A DNA stretch of 63,991 nt, filler included, from Asterionella formosa (Eukaryota), in NCBI GenBank assembly GCA_002256025.1. It is 18 parts of 18 records of this genome, joined end to end, with 100 filler letters (N's around TTAATTAATTAA, not from the genome) between each part and the next. Parts side by side here need not be neighbours in the genome. Positions count along the whole stretch, not along the records: positions 62,101 to 63,991 come from NKIB01000922.1; 17 more parts are not named here. One strand, written 5' to 3'. Shown here piece after piece: positions 62,001-63,991 of the stretch (within the stretch, counting starts at the first letter, position 1; each line of letters opens with the position of its first letter). The position numbers and the translations under genes are program-made. The notes below the pieces were generated by a model. It had not been told where the DNA came from and ran no database searches. It saw only the letters and a program-made list of their open reading frames with translations.

Positions 62001-62619
62001 NNNNNNNNNNNNNNNNNNNNNNNNNNNNNNNNNNNNNNNNNNNNTTAATTAATTAANNNNNNNNNNNNNNNNNNNNNNNNNNNNNNNNNNNNNNNNNNNN
62101 AAAATATTTAATTACGCGTTATAGAGCCTCGAATATAGTGGAGTTTGTTGGGTTGCACTATGGCCAAGAAGGCCAGGATTGTAGATGTAGGACATTGGAA
62201 TCAGGCAAGGAGCCCATGTGGCTCTTAGAGTATGGTGAATAAATAACATAAGTTGTCAAAAAAGCTTAAAGTAGGGCTTGAAAAAACTTGAATAGATATG
62301 TGATGTGTTGTATGCATTGAAAGAAAGAGAGAGAGAGAGAGATTAAAAAATAGATTGGATGCAACAGAAGATAAAATTGATAAGAGATCAATAATCAGAG
62401 GAATGAAAGGCTGCTGTCAAAATGAATTGATAGCTAATGGAACTCTGAAGTTCGTTCGCATCACAGCTTATTTAATTTGCTGGTAATCAAAAAGATAGTG
62501 TAAAACAGGGATGGTAGCATATTATTGCTGGAAGGGAGGTCTTGACAGTGCTGGGATCCTCGACTTGCTTGTTCTGAGGTGTACCTCTAGGATGCCTTTT
62601 TGTCCCCCTATATAGGATC

Positions 62620-62907
62620 TGGCGAGAAACTGCAGAAAAGAATTTCGGTTTTTTAACTTTGCTGAAAATAGTGGATTTTACCGGGCCAACTCGTTTATTT
62701 GGCCTAGGAAAAAACCGAAGTTAATTTCTGCAGTTTCTCGCCAAAAGTTCACTTCTGAGTCTATATGGAGATTCGTCATCATCGGAATGGTTGTCTTGTG
62801 CTAAACTATTTAGTTGAAAATAGTGGATTTTACCGGGCCAACTCGTTTATTTAACCTAGTAAAAAAACCGAAGTTCCTTTATGCAGTTTCTCGACGAAAG
62901 TTATCTT
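62620..62907. repeat. Inverted repeat (arms 62620-62656 and 62709-62743) plus diverged direct duplication (62664-62773 / 62816-62907)
   Basis: TGGCGAGAAACTGCAGAAA pairs perfectly with TTTCTGCAGTTTCTCGCCA, and TTCGGTTTTTT with AAAAAACCGAA. TGAAAATAGTGGATTTTACCGGGCCAACTCGTTTATTT occurs twice. Confidence 0.85.
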
Positions 62908-63991
62908 CTGGGGCTATATGAAGATTACCTATGCACTTAACTCTTCTTCAAAACCTGCCAATGTTGAGCTATCATTGCTCAAAAATTTGACAATATTGGC
63001 CTTTTCAACGGTCACCAAAATGTTGGAATCAGAATGACTAATCGCCGAAACACCATCATCGGAATAGGAGTCTTGTGATTAAATTTTTCGTCCTACAATC
63101 GCCTGTGCGAAAAATTCCATTGTAAGTGCGCGCTTCAGTATCAATATTTTGATTGGTCAAGTTCAATTACTTACCGACAATTGATTGGCCTGGTTTGCGT
63201 GGTCTTGCAAACCCAAGCTGGCCACACTGGATGCACATGTAACATTTTTTTGGGTGTTAGCTGGTACAATTTCCACAGGAGGTAGCTGATCATTATTGAT
63301 CATACGCATACCAGTATGATCAGGCACTTTGCCTACTGGTACATTGAATGGACAGAGTGCGCTGCTTTTCCTTTGATGATCATTGCGGCCACAATGATTG
63401 CAGAAATTTGTTCCTTTCCTTCTTCTTTCCTGATGTTCCCTTCTGAGCGAAATACCAGAACCTTAAGCTGCATGTATTTTTTCGCTTCGTTTCAACTTTC
63501 GTCGTTTGAATTGTGCCTTATAGGCTCCATCGTCACTTCGTCGCTTTTCTTTTTGTCTCCAGAAGGATTCTTGCAGTGCTGACATCTGCATTCCACATTG
63601 CTTGTATACATTCCTTGTGTATTGTGTTGCTCCTTTTTTCTTGGACAGCGTCGCGACACTGCATTGTCCATAGCCTCATTTATCTGCTTGTCAAAGGGAT
63701 GATACAATGATGGCAGCCTTTTGCCTTCGACTTTCGTTGCAACATGCAGCATTAACCATTCATATAAAATTTTCCCCTTTTCCTTGTCATGATATTTTTC
63801 GTTACTAAACAGTTTTCCTGCTTTTACAGGTCACCATGTCTCAGAGCAGTAATTGTGAAAGCCAAATAAATGGTTGATTGGTGCCTTGGAGGAACTACTA
63901 AACTCGGCCAGAGAGAGGTTACGGTTTTTTTAATCCAAGCGCCATAGTTAACTTTCAACAGGAGACAATCTGCTTTTGAGGGACGCTTGAG

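Larger units (their letters stand above)
30100..62100. other. 17 artificial 100-nt contig linkers (N44-TTAATTAATTAA-N44) starting at 30100, 32096, 34099, 36093, 38087, 40081, 42075, 44067, 46060, 48053, 50046, 52039, 54032, 56024, 58019, 60010, 62001
   Basis: Identical linker carrying stops in all six frames. Intervening contigs are all 1891-1903 bp, which points to length-sorted concatenation. Confidence 0.97.

Noticed and set aside
30100..62100. Regularly spaced TTAATTAATTAA repeats about every 2 kb (CRISPR-like periodicity)
   Set aside because: Synthetic six-frame-stop linkers embedded in N runs.

Overview
Eukaryotic nuclear DNA, most likely a diatom (inferred from CoDi-like Ty1/copia elements, a diatom-type type-II membrane LRR protein, a T-K-H MAPK and GT-AG introns). 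The window is not contiguous. One 30.1-kb contig (1-30099) is followed by 17 contigs of about 1.89-1.90 kb, joined by 100-nt N44-TTAATTAATTAA-N44 linkers, so adjacency after 30099 has no biological meaning. The long contig carries a PurE-like/SAICAR synthetase gene, an 8-exon atypical MAPK, a NIT (nitrate/nitrite-sensing) domain fused to a TKL/Raf-like kinase, an RBBP5/Swd1-like WD40 protein, a PIF/Harbinger transposon with intact termini (TIRs plus TTA TSD), a 20-repeat LRR receptor-like gene, and nested LTR debris. The short contigs hold copia fragments and LTRs, two near-identical copies each of a non-LTR retrotransposon 3' end and a DEPDC5/Iml1 fragment (probably assembly bubbles), a small SET-domain gene, a ~190-bp satellite and a tRNA-Ile(UAU)-like sequence whose two halves are in circularly permuted order. 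The best leads are the soluble NIT-domain kinase next to a MAPK gene and the permuted tRNA-Ile(UAU) candidate at 49727-49815.
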